Shown: in pieces, positions 62,433 through 64,000 of the stretch
Layout of the letters: the number at the start of each line of letters is the position of its first letter
Position numbering within the stretch: the first letter of the stretch is position 1
From: an uncultured Armatimonadia bacterium
Lineage (GTDB): Bacteria; Armatimonadota; Zipacnadia; CAVVLO01
NCBI GenBank assembly: GCA_963749155.1
Contig: CAVVLO010000003.1
Span: 320,001-384,000, forward strand
Direction: 5' to 3'
DNA: 64,000 bases
Translations under genes and position numbers: made by a program
The notes under the pieces: generated by a model
Databases searched by the model: none
What the model was told of the DNA's origin: nothing
The model's input: the letters and a program-made list of their open reading frames with translations, nothing else

Positions 62433-63476
62433 ATGGAGCAAAGCGAGCATCCCAAATACGCTGCGCCCCGATTCTACGTGCTAAGACGGGCCTTCCAGGC
62501 GCGCGAGTTGCTTATCCTGGGCGTGCTGATACTCGAGCTTATCGTCTTCGCACTCGTGGATCGCAGTTTCGTGACCGCGAGCAACCTGATGGACGCGGCC
62601 AGATTCGCGGCTATCGTCGGCGCGGCGGCGATCGGCGCCTGCCTCGTTATCCTGCTGGCGGGTATTGACCTCTCTTCGGGCGCTCTCTACGGGCTGGTTG
62701 GCTGCGTTGCGATGCTGCTGATGACAAGTCCAGACCATCCGATGAACGCCTGGCTTGCGCTGGCAGTTGCGATGCTGGTGGGGCTGGCCTTCGGCCTCAT
62801 AAATGGTTTCTGCATTGGCTATATCAAAATCCCCCCCTTCATCGTGACCCTCGGGACGATGTCAGCGGCAAGCGGTACGGCCATCCTCATCACCAAAGCC
62901 GAGCATATGCCATCGGCCTCTCGCCCGCTGCCAGAGGCTTCGCTGCAAGTACTGCAACTGATGGACACCCACCTGGGCAGGACCGCCGAAGTCTCGGGAT
63001 TGCATATCTCGGTGCTTATCGTAATCGTCCTGGCCATCCTGACCGCCCTGTTCCTGGTCGGAACGAAAGGGGGCAGATACATCTTCGCTATCGGCGGGGG
63101 CGAGGAAGCCGCCGAACATGCGGGGATAAACGTCGCCAAGGTCAAACTTTGGACTTACGCCGCGGCAGGTTGCTTCTCGGGACTGGCGGGACTTTTCTAC
63201 GTGGCGCGCTTCAAAGGAGTGAACAGCGGCGTCGGACTTGGCGATGAGCTCAACATAATCGCGGCCGCTGTCGTCGGGGGAGTAAGCCTGTCCGGCGGCA
63301 AGGGCAGTCCGATTGGCACCATAATCGGCGCAATGATAGTCAAGCTGCTGCGCGATGGGCTGGTCTATAACGAGGTGCCGGAAAGCGGCGCCAAGATAGC
63401 CGTCGGCAGCTTCATAATACTGGCAGTGCTTGTGGATCGACTGCTCAAAATCGCGGGGCGCAAACGCGCTTCGTAA
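62433..63476 (+). CDS. Sugar ABC transporter permease (RbsC family)
   Basis: GIDLSSG, IPPFIVTLGT, GRYIFAIGG, ELNIIAAAVVGGVSLSGGKG. Confidence 0.93.
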   Translation: MEQSEHPKYAAPRFYVLRRAFQARELLILGVLILELIVFALVDRSFVTASNLMDAARFAAIVGAAAIGACLVILLAGIDLSSGALYGLVGCVAMLLMTSPDHPMNAWLALAVAMLVGLAFGLINGFCIGYIKIPPFIVTLGTMSAASGTAILITKAEHMPSASRPLPEASLQVLQLMDTHLGRTAEVSGLHISVLIVIVLAILTALFLVGTKGGRYIFAIGGGEEAAEHAGINVAKVKLWTYAAAGCFSGLAGLFYVARFKGVNSGVGLGDELNIIAAAVVGGVSLSGGKGSPIGTIIGAMIVKLLRDGLVYNEVPESGAKIAVGSFIILAVLVDRLLKIAGRKRAS

Positions 63477-63496
63477 AAGACTTCGGAGGTGCAGTG

Positions 63497-64000
63497 ATGA
63501 AACGCGCGATATTAGTTTTGCTGGTGGCCCTGGTGGCGCTGCTGGTGCTGGCTGGTTGTGGCCAAAAAGAGGCTGAGGAGCCTGCCCAGATAGCTCCCCC
63601 GGCGACGGCTCCCCCGACTGAGAAACTGACTTACGCCATCATCCCCAAGATGCTGAACAATCCTGTCTTCACGCTGGCCAAGCGCGGCGCTGAAAAAGCC
63701 GCCAAAGAGCTTGGCGCAAACGTCGAGGTCATCTATCAGGCCTCCGAGACAGGCAAAGCCGCCGAGCAGGAAGAGGTAATCCGCAACCTGACCAACAAGG
63801 GTGTAACCGGGATGTCCATCTCGGTGGTGGACGCGAATGCCGTGCGCGAGGGCATCGACATCGCTGTGGACCGGGGCATCATAACGATGACCTTCGACTC
63901 TGACTGCCCAGATTCGAAGCGCGCGTGCTTCTACGCCGTCTCGGACGATGGCATCGGCCAGGAACTGGGTCGCCAACTGGTCGAGGCTTGCGGCGGCAAA
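63497..64000 (+). CDS. Sugar ABC transporter substrate-binding lipoprotein (RbsB-like), runs off the window edge
   Basis: Hand-translated: MKRAILVLL...LAGC; IIPKMLNNPVF; GAEKAAKELG; MTFDSD. Confidence 0.88.
   Translation, partial: MKRAILVLLVALVALLVLAGCGQKEAEEPAQIAPPATAPPTEKLTYAIIPKMLNNPVFTLAKRGAEKAAKELGANVEVIYQASETGKAAEQEEVIRNLTNKGVTGMSISVVDANAVREGIDIAVDRGIITMTFDSDCPDSKRACFYAVSDDGIGQELGRQLVEACGGK

Noticed and set aside
1..64000. tRNA, rRNA, integrase, transposase or prophage genes
   Set aside because: None recognised by eye; the defence loci show no identifiable att sites

Overview
GC-rich bacterial DNA, probably an uncultured glycan-degrading organism from an unpolished long-read assembly, since at least 15 otherwise intact genes carry isolated indels. 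Most of the window is carbohydrate catabolism: GH106-, GH42-, GH4-, GH110-, GH99/71-like, DUF4038, DUF4091 and GxGYxYP proteins, a DeoR-linked aminotransferase/SDR/kinase/amidohydrolase/isomerase operon and a sugar ABC transporter. It also holds an ars cluster with a clear double operator, an M60 peptidase and two ADP-ribosylglycohydrolase-family genes. Three conflict or defence loci are embedded in this background: a TIR-NACHT-TPR gene, a single-chain restriction-modification gene, and a tightly packed four-gene minus-strand operon at 38534-46888. That operon encodes a GYG-less 2TM channel with two RCK domains and RyR repeats, a pseudo-PfkB/AAA+ ATPase with RyR repeats, a stand-alone SLOG protein, and a DUF4062(TIR-like)-NACHT-TPR protein. 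It is the best candidate for an undescribed nucleotide-signalling, ion-channel immune system. Non-coding highlights are a modular palindromic repeat family often ending in CTAG (six loci) and a sigma54 promoter followed by a ~130-nt rod-like RNA hairpin upstream of a lysine-rich protein. All domain calls come from motif recognition by eye; no database searches were run.
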